Shown here: positions 39,367 to 53,700 of the stretch, in pieces
How the letters are laid out: each line of letters begins with the position of its first letter
Numbering within the stretch: the first letter of the stretch is position 1
From: Eledone cirrhosa
Lineage: Eukaryota
Direction of reading: 5' to 3'
Assembly (NCBI GenBank): GCA_964016885.1
Contig: OZ024745.1
Location: 8,742,001 to 8,806,000 of the forward strand
DNA: 64,000 nucleotides
Notes under the pieces: generated by a model
Seen by the model: the letters and a program-made list of their open reading frames with translations, nothing else
What the model was told of the DNA's origin: nothing
The model's database searches: none
Translations under genes and position numbers: made by a program

Positions 39367-40318
39367 GAAGAAGAAGAAGAAGAAGAAGAAGAAGAAGAAG
39401 AAGAAGAAGAAGAAGAAGAAGAAGAAGAAGAAGAAGAAGAAGAAGAAGGTAAATTCATGATGGTGGTGGTGGTGATGACTATTGAGTAAAGGAAAATATT
39501 GATCCAAACCATTACTAAGCTTCAAAACAACAACAATAACAACAGCAATAACAAAGGCAATAACAAAAACAATAAAAACAACAGTAACAACAACAATAAC
39601 AACAGAAATAACAACAGCAATAACTATAACAATAACAACAACAATAACAACAGCAATAACAACAACAATAAAAACAACGATAACAACAGCAATAACAACA
39701 ACAATAACAACAGAAATAACAACAGCAATAACAACAACAATAACAACAACAATAACAACAACAATAACAACAACAATAACAACAGCAATAACAACAGCAA
39801 TAACAACAACAATAACAACAGCAATAACAACAGCAATAACAACAACTATAACTATAACAACAACAACAACAACAACAATAACAACAATCACAACAACAAC
39901 AACAATAACAACAACAATAACAACAGCAATAACAACAACAATAACAACAATCACGACAGCAATAACAATAACAACAGCAATAACAACACCAATAACAACA
40001 ACAACGACAATAATAACAACAATAACAACAGCAATAACAACAACAACAACAATAATAACAACAATAACAACAACAACAACGACAATAACAACGACAATAA
40101 CAACAACAATGACAACAACAGTAATAACAACAACAACAACGACAATAACAACGACAATAACAACAACAATAACAACAACAATAACAACAACAGTAATAAC
40201 AACCAGAACAACGACAATAACAACAACAATAACAACAACAAGAACAACAACAGTAATAACAACCACAACAACGACAATAACAACGACAATAACAACAACA
40301 ATAACAACAACGACAATT
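39367..40318. repeat. (GAA)n followed by a degenerate (AAC/AAT)n array
   Basis: Directly visible; source of the poly-N/V/I ORFs. Confidence 0.95.
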
Positions 40319-40424
40319 GTTTAAACGACATTAACAAATTTTATTTATTAATCAGAATATAAAGTGAATACATTTTCACCTATACTCAGTATTTATATGT
40401 ATTGTCAACATATGACAGTCTGTA

Positions 40425-40466
<42 letters not shown>

Positions 40467-40478
40467 CTGTGTGTGTGT

Positions 40479-40539
<61 letters not shown>

Positions 40540-42463
40540 AACGTGTGTAGAAATGCCAACAGTTTCTAATTAAGATAGGAAGTTAAAATCTCGGCTACGT
40601 GTCAATACAGAGGGGAGAGAAAGAGAGGGGGGGAGAGACATGAATTTAATCCCGCCTTCTTTTAATATTTGAACCAATCACTTCTTGACACTAATTTCAG
40701 AAGTCAGCCATTGAACCTACCCATTGTTGCACCAACTGCTAGAAATAGCAGCTAAATCTCCCAATAATCAAACCTTCAACAAATAACATAGAATGTTTAA
40801 TAATGTAGTCCCGAGTAGGTAGGTTATTGCCAGAAAATAATATAGAGTATTGGATAATGTAGTACAGAAAATTACAGTGTAATGGTCAGTGATGGTATAA
40901 TGTGAAGCTATATATCTATAGATTGAACCTAGTCCTTCCTACAACTATTACGTATCATAAGTCTAGTTGATCATAGTTGACCTAACTCTAAACAATTCAA
41001 AACTTTAACACATCGTTGACAGATGTTTAAAAAAATGTTGTATCATTGTTTTATTGAAGTTATATTAAATAAAACGTGATTTTGTTCCACAAACAAGTAA
41101 TGACATTTGTCTTGTCCTTTCACACAAGCCATAGATTGTCAGTAAATATAAGACTTAGAATAGTATTTCTTTAATTACTTGGATTATTTTTCTCTTCTGG
41201 CTTTTCCCTAGTAAAACCTGGGACTTTTATCTTCCTATGACATTGTTTCCATTCACCGGTTAGTTGGGTACTTGAGCATAAAGTCGTCCCCATATTTTAT
41301 GTTATAAGCCCTAATATAATGTGATTGGGGAGAAGGAATGTCAAATCTCTTATTTAAACATAGCAAGTAGATATCCTCTGTGAATGTAATGTGATAATGA
41401 ACAGACAACACGTCTTTCGGATAACCTTAGCTAATCGGCGGCCATTTTGGTTCTATCCCAGCAACAAAACAATCCCCACCCACCATTATTTATCAGATTT
41501 TCATTTTTGTTTTTCTTTTTTTTCATACTTTTTAGTTTTAAGTTGTTTTTAAAAGGTGTGGTAGTCTAAATAAATGCTGTTAAAATCGCTTATATTTCAG
41601 ATGATCTGTAAAACGTATTTGTAAACCGCATAAATATGATAAATAGAAATTAAAAGGAAAAAAAGACAAAACAAAACACACACACACACGCACACACGCA
41701 CACACACACACACATGCACACACACGCATACACACACACACACTCACGCACGCACACACACACGCGCACACACACACGCGCACACACACACGCACACACG
41801 CACGCACACACGCACACGCACTCACGCACACACACACACACACACACACGCACACACACATACATGAAACAACATAACACGTAACAGAGGAAATGGGAAA
41901 TATCAACGGTAAAATAACAAATAAGTATAATAAAATGACGGCTAAATGTCAGAACTTAATAATTTTGTTAATGTAAGTATTAATAATATATCGTCCATAT
42001 TGTCTTCTTCTAGACACAGCACTGTCCCAAAACGTTACTATTAATGAAATCATCAGTGAATTAAGCACAAATAATAGCAACTGAATGAATATATATTGTA
42101 CTTGTACGTACGTTTCGGTTACTGTTGTTCTTGTCTTCTTCTGGATTGGTTGGTGGGTCGGGGACGGGGTCGAGGACGGAGTCGGTAGAGGGGGTCCGGG
42201 ATGGGGTCGGAGGGGGTTAGGACAGCAAAGAGAAAGACAGAAATATAGAAGGAAAAAAAAGAGAAGAAAAAGTCATGGGACTTTAACCCACTTTCTAAAG
42301 TAACAAGCATGAAAGATTTAATAACCTACATATACAACTAAAAGCCACCAATCGAGGAGACCATCTGTTTATTGGGTTTTGCTTCTTTTTCCTGATTAAT
42401 AAATGAAAATTCTAAAGCGTCTCTTTCTGAATTTTTAATCACTCTATACAACTTCGACTACAA

Positions 42464-43152
<689 letters not shown>

Positions 43153-43412
43153 GTGTGTTTGTATGTGTGTGTGAGGTAGAGGTTGCTGAGATCGTATACA
43201 TCTGTTGTATTTGTGGAAATCTGTTTATGGATCTGAGAAACAACTCAAGATTCCATACTTTTAATGTTCATCTGTTTTATTTTATTTTATTTTATTTTAT
43301 TTCATTTATTCATTTATTTTATTTATTTATTACAAATGAACAAATGTACTTTGTAAGAAAAGAAAAAAATGACAATAAAATAATAAACGTTGATGGTCGT
43401 GTCGTAGACGGC

Positions 43413-43636
43413 TTCTTATAACTGTGGGATGTAGAACTTCTACGGGGTTTTACAGAACAAATACACGGCTTCTTATGGCTCTGGGATGTATAACTTCTAC
43501 GGGATTTGACAGAACAAATACACCGCTTATTATGACTGTGGGATATATAACTTCTACGGGGTTTGACACAATAAATACACTGCTTATTATAACTGTGGGA
43601 TGTAGAACTTGTATGGGGTTTGACAGAATAAACACG
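43413..43636. repeat. 57-bp minisatellite, ~4 copies
   Basis: Unit ~ACTGTGGGATGTATAACTTCTACGGGGTTTGACAGAACAAATACACCGCTTATTATG. Confidence 0.85.
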
Positions 43637-43859
43637 GGGGAAGAGATTCTTTGGGTCGTTTCCAACCTCATACTAGGACTTAGTGCTGTATGGGTTCTGA
43701 ACTCCATACAGCACTAAGGAAAATGAAACAATCGACAATATCCCAGACATCATTCACTGATTGGGGTAGAACTCGTGAATTCGGACCAAGCAAACAATGT
43801 TTCCATTAGTCATTTCATTGCTGACATTATCTACCGCTCGCAACTCCTGGTAGAAGGAA

Positions 43860-43972
43860 CAACATGAAATAAAGTGTCTTGCTCAAGGACATAACACATC
43901 GCCCGGTCCAGAAATTGAACTCGCAGCCCTACGATTGTGAATCCAATTTCCTAACTACTAAGCCACGCGCTC
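43860..43972 (-). mobile_element. tRNA-derived SINE (family B)
   Basis: Minus strand GCGTGGCTTAGTAGTTAGG (A box)...GAGTTCAATTTCTGGACCGGGCGA (B box)...GTGTTATGTCCTTGAGCAAGACACTTTATTTCA. Confidence 0.7.
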
Positions 43973-44049
43973 ACAGCACTAAAAGCCATCGAAACAAACG
44001 TCAGTTCTACAATACTTCCCTGTTTACACTAATGAGTTGGAAGTGTTTC

Positions 44050-44266
44050 ATAGGGAAAGCTGGACCATACTATCGTGACCATGAGAACTTATTGATAGAG
44101 ATAGCTGGACCATACTATCGTGACCATGGAAACTTATTGATAGGGATAGTTGGACCAAACTATGTTCACCATGGGAACGATAGTTGGATCATACTATGTT
44201 CACCATGGGAACTTATCGTATATTTGATAGAGATAGTTGGACCTAATAATCTTCACCATGGGAACA
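44050..44266. repeat. ~45-bp minisatellite, ~5 degenerate copies
   Basis: Unit ~TAGAGATAGCTGGACCATACTATCGTGACCATGGAAACTTATTGA. Confidence 0.8.
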
Positions 44267-44408
44267 GTGCAATGTTGGTGACACGATTCAAGTTCTTGAT
44301 TTACTCATTGGGGGTGTTGTATCTTGTATACACAAGGGGTTCTTAACAGCGAATATGTGAACAAAATGCAGGGAGATCCAATATCTAGTATCATAGCGCA
44401 TTAAATAA

Positions 44409-44648
44409 TGGCGTGGTGGATTGGCAGAATTGGTAGAGCGTCAGAAAAAATGCCTTTGCGTTATTTGCTCTTACTCTTTGCTCTTGCTCTTGCAGTTTAA
44501 ATCATATCGAGGTCAACTTTGCCTTTGATCCTTCCCGGATCGATAAAATAAAATACCTGTCAAATGCTGAAATCGATTTAGATTACTCCCACCCCACCAC
44601 CTCAAATAAAAAATGACTGGCCTTTTGCCGACATTAGAAATCAATAAT
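44409..44648 (+). mobile_element. Family A SINE
   Basis: TGGCAGAATTGGTAGAGCG head, GAGGTCAACTTTGCCTTTGATCC..GATAAAATAA core, CTGGCCTTTTGCC..ATTAGAAA tail. Confidence 0.7.
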
Positions 44649-44708
44649 GGAGTACAAGAATTGTACTAAATAGGCGATAATTAAAAAGAATGCATCCAAT
44701 CATTATTC

Positions 44709-47700
44709 TATGACTGGTGTGACAACATTGCTTCCTTGTAAATAGCCAGGACTAACACTAATGACTGGTGTGACAACATTGCTTCCTTGTAAATAGCCAG
44801 GATAAGACTAATAACTAGTGTGACAACATTGCATCCATGTAAATAGCCAGGACTAACACTAAAGACTGGTGTGACAATATTGCTTCCTTGTAAATAGCCA
44901 GGACAAACACTAATGACTGGTGTGACAATATTGCTACCATGTAAATAGCCAGGACTAACACTAATGACTGGTGTGACAACATTGCTTCCATATAAATAGC
45001 CAGGACAAACACTAATGACAGGTGTGACAATATTGCTACCATGTAAATAGCCAGGATTAACACTAATGACTGGTGTGACAACATTGCTTCCATGTAAATA
45101 GCCAGGACAAACACTAATGACTGGTGTGACAACATTGCTTCCATGTAAATAGCCAGGACTAACACTAATGACTGGTGTGACAACATTGCCTCCATGTAAA
45201 TAGCCAGGACAAACACTAATGACTGGTATGTCAACATTGCCTCCATGTAAATAGCCAGGACTAACACTAATGACTGGTGTGACAATATTGCTTCCTTGTA
45301 AATAGCCAGGACTAACACTAATGACTGGTGTGACAACATTGCTTCCTTGTAAATAGCCAGGACTAACACTAATGACTAGTGTGACAACATTGCTTCCATG
45401 TAAATAGCCAGGACTAACACTAATGAATGGTGTGACAACATTGCTTCCAAGTAAATAGCCACGACTAACACTAATGACTGCTGTGACAACATTGCTACCA
45501 TGTAAATAGCCAGGACTAACACTAATGACTGGTGTGACAATATTGCTTCCATATAAATAGCCAGGACTAACACTAATGACTGGTGTGACAACATTGCTTC
45601 CATATAAATAGCCAGGACTAACACTAATGACTGGTGTGACAATATTGCTACCATGTAAATAGCCAGGACTAACACTAATGACTGGTGTGACAACATTGCT
45701 TCCATGTAAATAGCCAGCACTAACACTAATGAGTGGTGTGACAACATTGCTTCCATGTAAATAGCCAGGACTAACACTATTGACTAGTGTGACAACATTG
45801 CTTCCATTAAATAGACAGGACTAACACTAATGACTAGTGTGACAACATTGTTTCCTTGTAAATAGCCAGGACTAAGACTAATGACTGGTGTGACAACATT
45901 GCTTCCATGTAAATAGCCAGGACTAACACTAATGACTAGTGTGACAACATTGTTTCCATTAAATAGACAGGACTAACACTAATGACTAGTGTGACAACAT
46001 TGTTTCCTTGTAAATAGCCAGGACTAAGACTAATGACTGGTGTAACAACATTGCTTGCATGTAAATAGCCAGGACTAACACAAATGACTGGTGTGACAAC
46101 ATTACTTCCATGTAAATAGCCAGAACTAACACTAATGAGTGGCGTGACAACATTGCTTCCATGTATATAGCCAGGACTAACACTAATGACTGGTGTGACA
46201 ACATTGCTTCCATGTAAATAGCCAGGACTAACACTAATGACTGGTGTGACAACATTGCTTCCATGTAAATAGCCAGGACTAACACCAATGACTGGTGTGA
46301 CAACATTGCTTCCATGTAAATAGCCAGGACTAACACTAATGACTGGTGTGACAACATTGCTTCCATGTAAATAGCCAGGACTAACACTAATGACTGGTAT
46401 GTCAACATTGCTTTCATGTAAATAGCCAGGACTAACACTAATGACTGGTGTGACAACATTGCTTCCATGTAAATAGACAGGACTAACACTAATGACTGGT
46501 GTGACAACATTGCTTCCATGTAAATAGCCAGGTCTAACACTAATGACTGGTGTGACAACATTGCTTCCATGTAATTAGCCAGGACTAACACTAATGACTG
46601 GTGTGACAACATTGTTTCCTTGTAAATAGCCAGGACTAATACTAATGACTGGTGTGACAACATTGCTTCCATGTAATTAGCCAGGACTAACACTAATGAC
46701 TGGTGTGACAACATTGTTTCCTTGTAAATAGCCAGGACTAATACTAATGACTGGTGTGACAACATTGCTTCCATGTAAATAGCCAGGACTAACACTAATG
46801 ACTGGTGTGACAACATTGCTTCCATGTAATTAGCCAGGACTAACACTAATGACTGGTGTGACAACATTGTTTCCTTGTAAATAGCCAGGACTAATACTAA
46901 TGACTGGTGTGAAAAAATTGCTTCCATGTAAATAGCCAGGACTAACACTAATGAGTGGTGTGACAACATTGTTTCCTTGTAAATAGCCAGGACTAATACT
47001 AATGACTGGTGTGAAAAAATTGCTTCCATGTAAATAGCCAGGACTAACACTAATGACTGGTGTGACAACATTGTTTCCTTGTAAATAGCCAGGACTAACA
47101 CTAATGACTAGTGTGACAACATTGCTTCCATGTAAATAGCCAGGACTAACACTAATGACTGGTGTGACAATATTGCTTCCATTTAAATAGCCAGGACTAA
47201 CACTAATGACTAGTGTGACAATATTGCTTCCTTGTAAATAGCCAGGACTATCATTAATGACTAGTGTGACAACATTGCTTCCAAGTAAATAGCCAGGAGT
47301 AACACTAATGACTAGTGTGACAATATTGCTTCCATGTAAATAGCCAGGACAAACACTGGTGACTGGTGTGACAACATTGCTTCCATGTAAATAGCCAGGA
47401 TCAACACTAATGACTGGTGACAACGTTGTTTCTTTGTAAATAGCCTGGACTAAAACTAATGACTGGTGTGACAACTTTGCTTCCATGTAAATAGCCAGTA
47501 CTAACACTAATGACTAGTGTGACAACATTGCTTCCATGTAAATAGCCAGGATCAACACTAATGACTGGTGACAACGTTGTTTCTTTGTAAATAGCCAGGA
47601 CTAACACTAATGACTAGTGTGACAACATTGCTTCCATGTAAATAGCCAGGACAAACACTGATGACTGGTGTGACAACATTACTTCCATGTAAATAGCCAG

Positions 47701-50700
47701 GACTAACACTAATGACTAGTGTGACAACATTGCTTCCTTGTAAATATCCAGGACTAACACTAATGACTAGTGTGACAACATTGCTTCCTTGTAAATAGCC
47801 AAGACTATCATTAATGACTAGTGTGACAACATTGCTTCCATGTAAATAGCCAGGTCTAACACTAATGACTGGTGTGACAACATTGCTTCCATGTAAATAG
47901 CCAGGACTAAAACTAATGACTAGTGTGACAACATTGCTTCCTTGTAAATAGCCAAGACTATCATTAATGACTAGTGTGACAACATTGCTTCCATGTAAAT
48001 AGCCAGGTCTAACACTAATGACTGGTGTGACAACATTGCTTCCATGTAAATAGCCAGGACTAAAACTAATGACTCGTGTGACAACATTGGTTCCTTGTAA
48101 ATAGCCAGGATCAACACTAATGAGTGGTGTGACAACATTGCTTCCTTGTAAATAGCCAGGACTTACACTAATGACTGGTGTGACAACTTTGCTTCCATGT
48201 AAATAGCCAGGACTAACACTAATGACTAGTGTGACAACATTGCTTCCTTGTAAATATCCAGGACTAACACTAATGACTAGTGTGACAACATTGCTTCCTT
48301 GTAAATAGCCAAGACTATCATTAATGACTAGTGTGACAACATTGCTTCCATGTAAATAGCCAGGTCTAACACTAATGACTGGTGTGACAACATTGCTTCC
48401 ATGTAAATAGCCAGGACTAAAACTAATGACTAGTGTGACAACATTGCTTCCTTGTAAATAGCCAAGACTATCATTAATGACTAGTGTGACAACATTGCTT
48501 CCATGTAAATAGCCAGGACTAACACTAATTACTGGTGTGACAACATTGCTTCCATGTAAATAGCCAGTTCTAACACTAATGACTAGTGTGACAACATTGC
48601 TTCCTTGTAAATAGCCAGGACTAACACTAATGACTGGTGTGACAACATTGTTTCCTTGTAAATAGCCAGTACAAACACTAATGACTGGTGTGAGAATATT
48701 ACTTCCTTGTAAATAGCCAGGACTAACACTAATGACTGGTGTGACAACATTGCTTCCTTGTAAATAGCCAGGACTAACACTAATGACTAGTGTGACAACA
48801 TTGCTTCCTTGGAAATAGACAGGATTATCATTAATGACTAGTGTGACAACATTGCTTCCATGTAAATAGCCAGGACTAACACTAATGACTGGTGTGACAA
48901 CATTGCTTCCTTGTAAATAGCCAAGACTATCATTAATGACTAGTGTGACAACATTGCTTCCATGTAAATAGCCAGGTCTAACACTAATGACTGGTGTGAC
49001 AACATTGCTTCCATGTAAATAGCCAGGACTAAAACTAATGACTAGTGCGACAACATTGCTTCCTTGTAAATAGCCAAGACTATCATTAATGACTAGTGTG
49101 ACAACATTGCTTCCATGTAAATAGCCAGGACTAACACTAATTACTGGTGTGACAACATTGCTTCCATGTAAATAGCCAGTTCTAACACTAATGACTAGTG
49201 TGACAACATTGCTTCCTTGTAAATAGCCAGGACTAACACTAATGACTGGTGTGACAACATTGTTTCCTTGTAAATAGCCAGTACAAACACTAATGACTGG
49301 TGTGAGAATATTACTTCCTTGTAAATAGCCAGGACTAACACTAATGACTGGTGTGACAACATTGCTTCCTTGTAAATAGCCAGGACTAACACTAATGACT
49401 AGTGTGACAACATTGCTTCCTTGTAAATAGACAGGATTATCATTAATGACTAGTGTGACAACATTGCTTCCATGTAAATAGCCAGGACTAACACTAATGA
49501 CTGGTGTGACAACATTGCTTCCTTGTAAATAGCCAAGACTATCATTAATGACTAGTGTGACAACATTGCTTCCATGTAAATAGCCAGGACTAACACTAAT
49601 GACTGGTGTGACAACATTGCTTCCATGTAAATAGCCAGGACTAACACTAATGACTGGTGTGACAACATTGCTTCCATGTAAATAGCCAGGACTAACACTA
49701 ATGACTGGTGTGACAACATTGCTTCCATGTAAATACCCAGGACTAACACTAATGGCTAGTGTGACAACATTGCTTCCATGTAAATAGCCAGGACTAACAC
49801 TAATGACTAGTGTGACAACATTGATTCCATGTAAATAGCCAGGACTAACACTAATGACTAGTGTGACAACATTGATTCCATGTAAATAGCCAGGACTAAC
49901 ACTAATGACTAGTGTGACAACATTGATTCCATGTAAATAGCCAGGACTAACACTAATGACTAGTGTGACAACATTGCTTCCATGTAAATAGCCAGGACTA
50001 ACAATAATGACTAGTGTGACAACATTGATTCCATGTAAATAGCCAGGACTAACACTAATGACTAGTGTGACAACATTGCTTCCATGTAAATAGCCAGGAC
50101 TAACACTAATGACTAGTGTGACAACATTGATTCCATGTAAATAGCCAGGACTAAAACTAATGACTAGTGTGACAACATTGATTCCATGTAAATAGCCAGG
50201 ACTAACACTAATGACTGGTGTGACAACATTGCTTCCATGTAAATAGCCAGGACTAAAACTAATGACTAGTGTGACAACATTGATTCCATGTAAATAGCCA
50301 GGACTAACACTAATGGCTAGTGTGACAACATTGATTCCATGTAAATAGCCAGGACTAACACTAATGACTGGTGTGACAACATTGCTTCCTTGTAAATAGC
50401 CAGGACTAACACTAATGACTAGTGTGACAACATTGATTCCATGTAAATAGCCAGGACTAACACTAATGACTGGTGTGACAACATTGCTTCCATGTAAATA
50501 GCCAGGACTAAAACTAATGACTAGTGTGACAACATTGATTCCATGTAAATAGCCAGGACTAACACTAATGGCTAGTGTGACAACATTGATTCCATGTAAA
50601 TAGCCAGGACTAACACTAATGACTGGTGTGACAACATTGCTTCCTTGTAAATAGCCAGGACTAACACTAATGACTGGTGTGACAACATTGATTCCATGTA

Positions 50701-53700
50701 AATAGCCAGGACTAAAACTAATGACTGGTGTGACAACAGTGGTTCCTTGTAAATAGCCAGGATCAACACTAATGACAGGTGTGACAACATTGCTTCTTTG
50801 TAAATAGCCAGGACTAACACTAATGACTGGTGTGACAACATTGCTTCCATGCAAATAGCCAGGATCAACACTAATGACTGGTGTGACAACATTGCTTCCA
50901 TGTATATAGCCAGGACTAACACTAACGACTGGTGTGACACCATTGCTTCCATGTAAATAGCCAGGACTAACACTAATGACTGGTGTGACAACATTGCTTC
51001 CATGTAAATAGCCAGGACTAACACTAATGACTGGTGTGACAACATTGCTTCCTTGTAAATAGCCAGGACTAACACTAATAACTAGTGTGACAACATTGTT
51101 TCCTTGTAAATAGCCAGGACTAACACTAATAACTGGTGTGACAACATTGCTTCTATGTAAATAGCCAGGACTAACACTAATGACTGGTGTGACAACATTG
51201 CTTCCATGTAAATAGCCAGGACTAACGCTAATGTCTGGTGTGACAACATTGCTTCTATGTAAATAGCCAGGACTAACACTAATGACTAGTGTGACAACAT
51301 TGTTTCCTTGTAAATAGCCAGTACTAACACTAATGACTGGTGTGACAATATTGCTTCCTTGTAAATAGCCAGGACTAACACTAATGACTAGTGTGACAAC
51401 ATTGTCTCCTTGTAAATAGCCAGTACTAACACTAATGACTGGTGTGACAATATTGCTTCCTTGTAAATAGCCAGGCTAACACTAATAACTAGTGTGACAA
51501 CATTGTTTCCTTGTAAATAGCCAGGACTAACACTAATAACTGGTGTGACAACATTGCTTCCTTGTAAATAGCCAGGACTAACACTAATGACTGGTGTACA
51601 ACATTGCTTGCATGTAAATAGCCAGGACTAACGCTAGTGTCTGGTGTGACAACATTGCATCTATGTAAATAGCCAGGACTAACACTAATGACTAGTGTGA
51701 CAACATTGTTTCCTTGTAAATAACCAGTACTAACACTAATGACTGGTGTGACAATATTGCTTCCTTGGAAATAGCCAGGACTAACACTAATAACTGGTGT
51801 GACAACATTGCTTCCTTGTAAATAGCCAGGACTAAAACTAATGACTGGTGTACAACATTGCTTGCATGTAAATAGCCAGGACTAACACTAATGAATAGTG
51901 TGACAATATTGCTTCCTTGTCAATTGCCAGGACTAACACTAATGACTGGTCTGACAACATTGCTTCCATGTAAATAGCCAGGACTAACACTAATAACTGG
52001 TGTGACAACATTGCTTCCTTGTAAATAGCCAGGACTAACACTAATGACTGGTGTGACAACATTGCTTCCATGTAAATAGCCAGGACTAACACTAATGACT
52101 GGTGTGACAACATTGCTTCCATGTAAATAGCCAGGACTAACACTAATGACTGGTGTAACAACATTGCTTCAATGTAAATAGCCAGGACTAACACTAATGA
52201 CTGGTGTGACAACATTGCTTCTATGTAAATAGCCAGGACTAACACTAATGACTAGTGTGACAACATTGCTTCCTTGTAAATAGCCAGGATTATCATTAAT
52301 GACTGGTGTGACAACATTGCTTCCATGTAAATAGCCAGGATCAACACTAATGACTGGTGTGACAACATTGCTTCCATGTATATAGCCAGGACTAACACTA
52401 AAGACTGGTGTGACAATATTGCTTCCTTGTAAATAGCCAGGACAAACACTAATGACTGGTGTGACAATATTGCTACCATGTAAATAGCCAGGACTAACAC
52501 TAATGACTGGTGTGACAACATTGCTTCCATATAAATAGCCAGGACAAACACTAATGACAGGTGTGACAATATTGCTACCATGTAAATAGCCAGGATTAAC
52601 ACTAATGACTGGTGTGACAACATTGCTTCCATGTAAATAGCCAGGACAAACACTAATGACTGGTGTGACAACATTGCTTCCATGTAAATAGCCAGGACTA
52701 ACACTAATGACTGGTGTGACAACATTGCCTCCATGTAAATAGCCAGGACAAACACTAATGACTGGTATGTCAACATTGCCTCCATGTAAATAGCCAGGAC
52801 TAACACTAATGACTGGTGTGACAATATTGCTTCCTTGTAAATAGCCAGGACTAACACTAATGACTGGTGTGACAACATTGCTTCCTTGTAAATAGCCAGG
52901 ACTAACACTAATGACTAGTGTGACAACATTGCTTCCATGTAAATAGCCAGGACTAACACTAATGAATGGTGTGACAACATTGCTTCCAAGTAAATAGCCA
53001 GGACTAAAACTAATGACTAGTGTGACAACATTGCTTCCATGTAAATAGCCAGGACTCACACTAATGACTAGTGTGACAACATTGCTTCCTTGTAAATAGC
53101 CAGGACTAACACAAATGACTGGTGTGACAACATTGCTTCCTTGTAAATAGCCAGGACTAAAACTAATGACTAGTGTGACAACATTGCTTCCATGTAAATA
53201 GCCAGGACTCACACTAATGACTAGTGTGACAACATTGCTTCCTTGTAAATAGCCAGGACTAACACAAATGACTGGTGTGACAACATTGCTTCCATGTAAA
53301 TAGCCAGGACTAACACTAATGAATGGTGTGACAACATTGCTTCCTTGTAAATAGCCAGGACTAAAACTAATGACTAGTGTGACAACATTGCTTCCTTGTA
53401 AATAGCCAGGACTAAAACTAATGACTAGTGTGACAACATTGCTTCCATGTAAATAGCCAGGACTCACACTAATGACTAGTGTGACAACATTGCTTCCTTG
53501 TAAATAGCCAGGACTAACACAAATGACTGGTGTGACAACATTGCTTCCATGTAAATAGCCAGGACTAACACTAATGAATGGTGTGACAAAATTGCTTCCA
53601 TGTAAATAGCCAGGACTAACACTAATGACTGGTGTGACAACATTGCTACCATGTAAATAGCCAGGACTAACACTAATGACTGGTGTGACAACATTGCTTC

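Noticed and set aside
39364-40362. Poly-Asn and poly-Val/Ile ORFs
   Set aside because: (AAC/AAT)n microsatellite translation.
41435-41452. YY1-like GGCGGCCATTTTG promoter motif
   Set aside because: A single short motif with no associated gene or CpG island; chance occurrence is likely.
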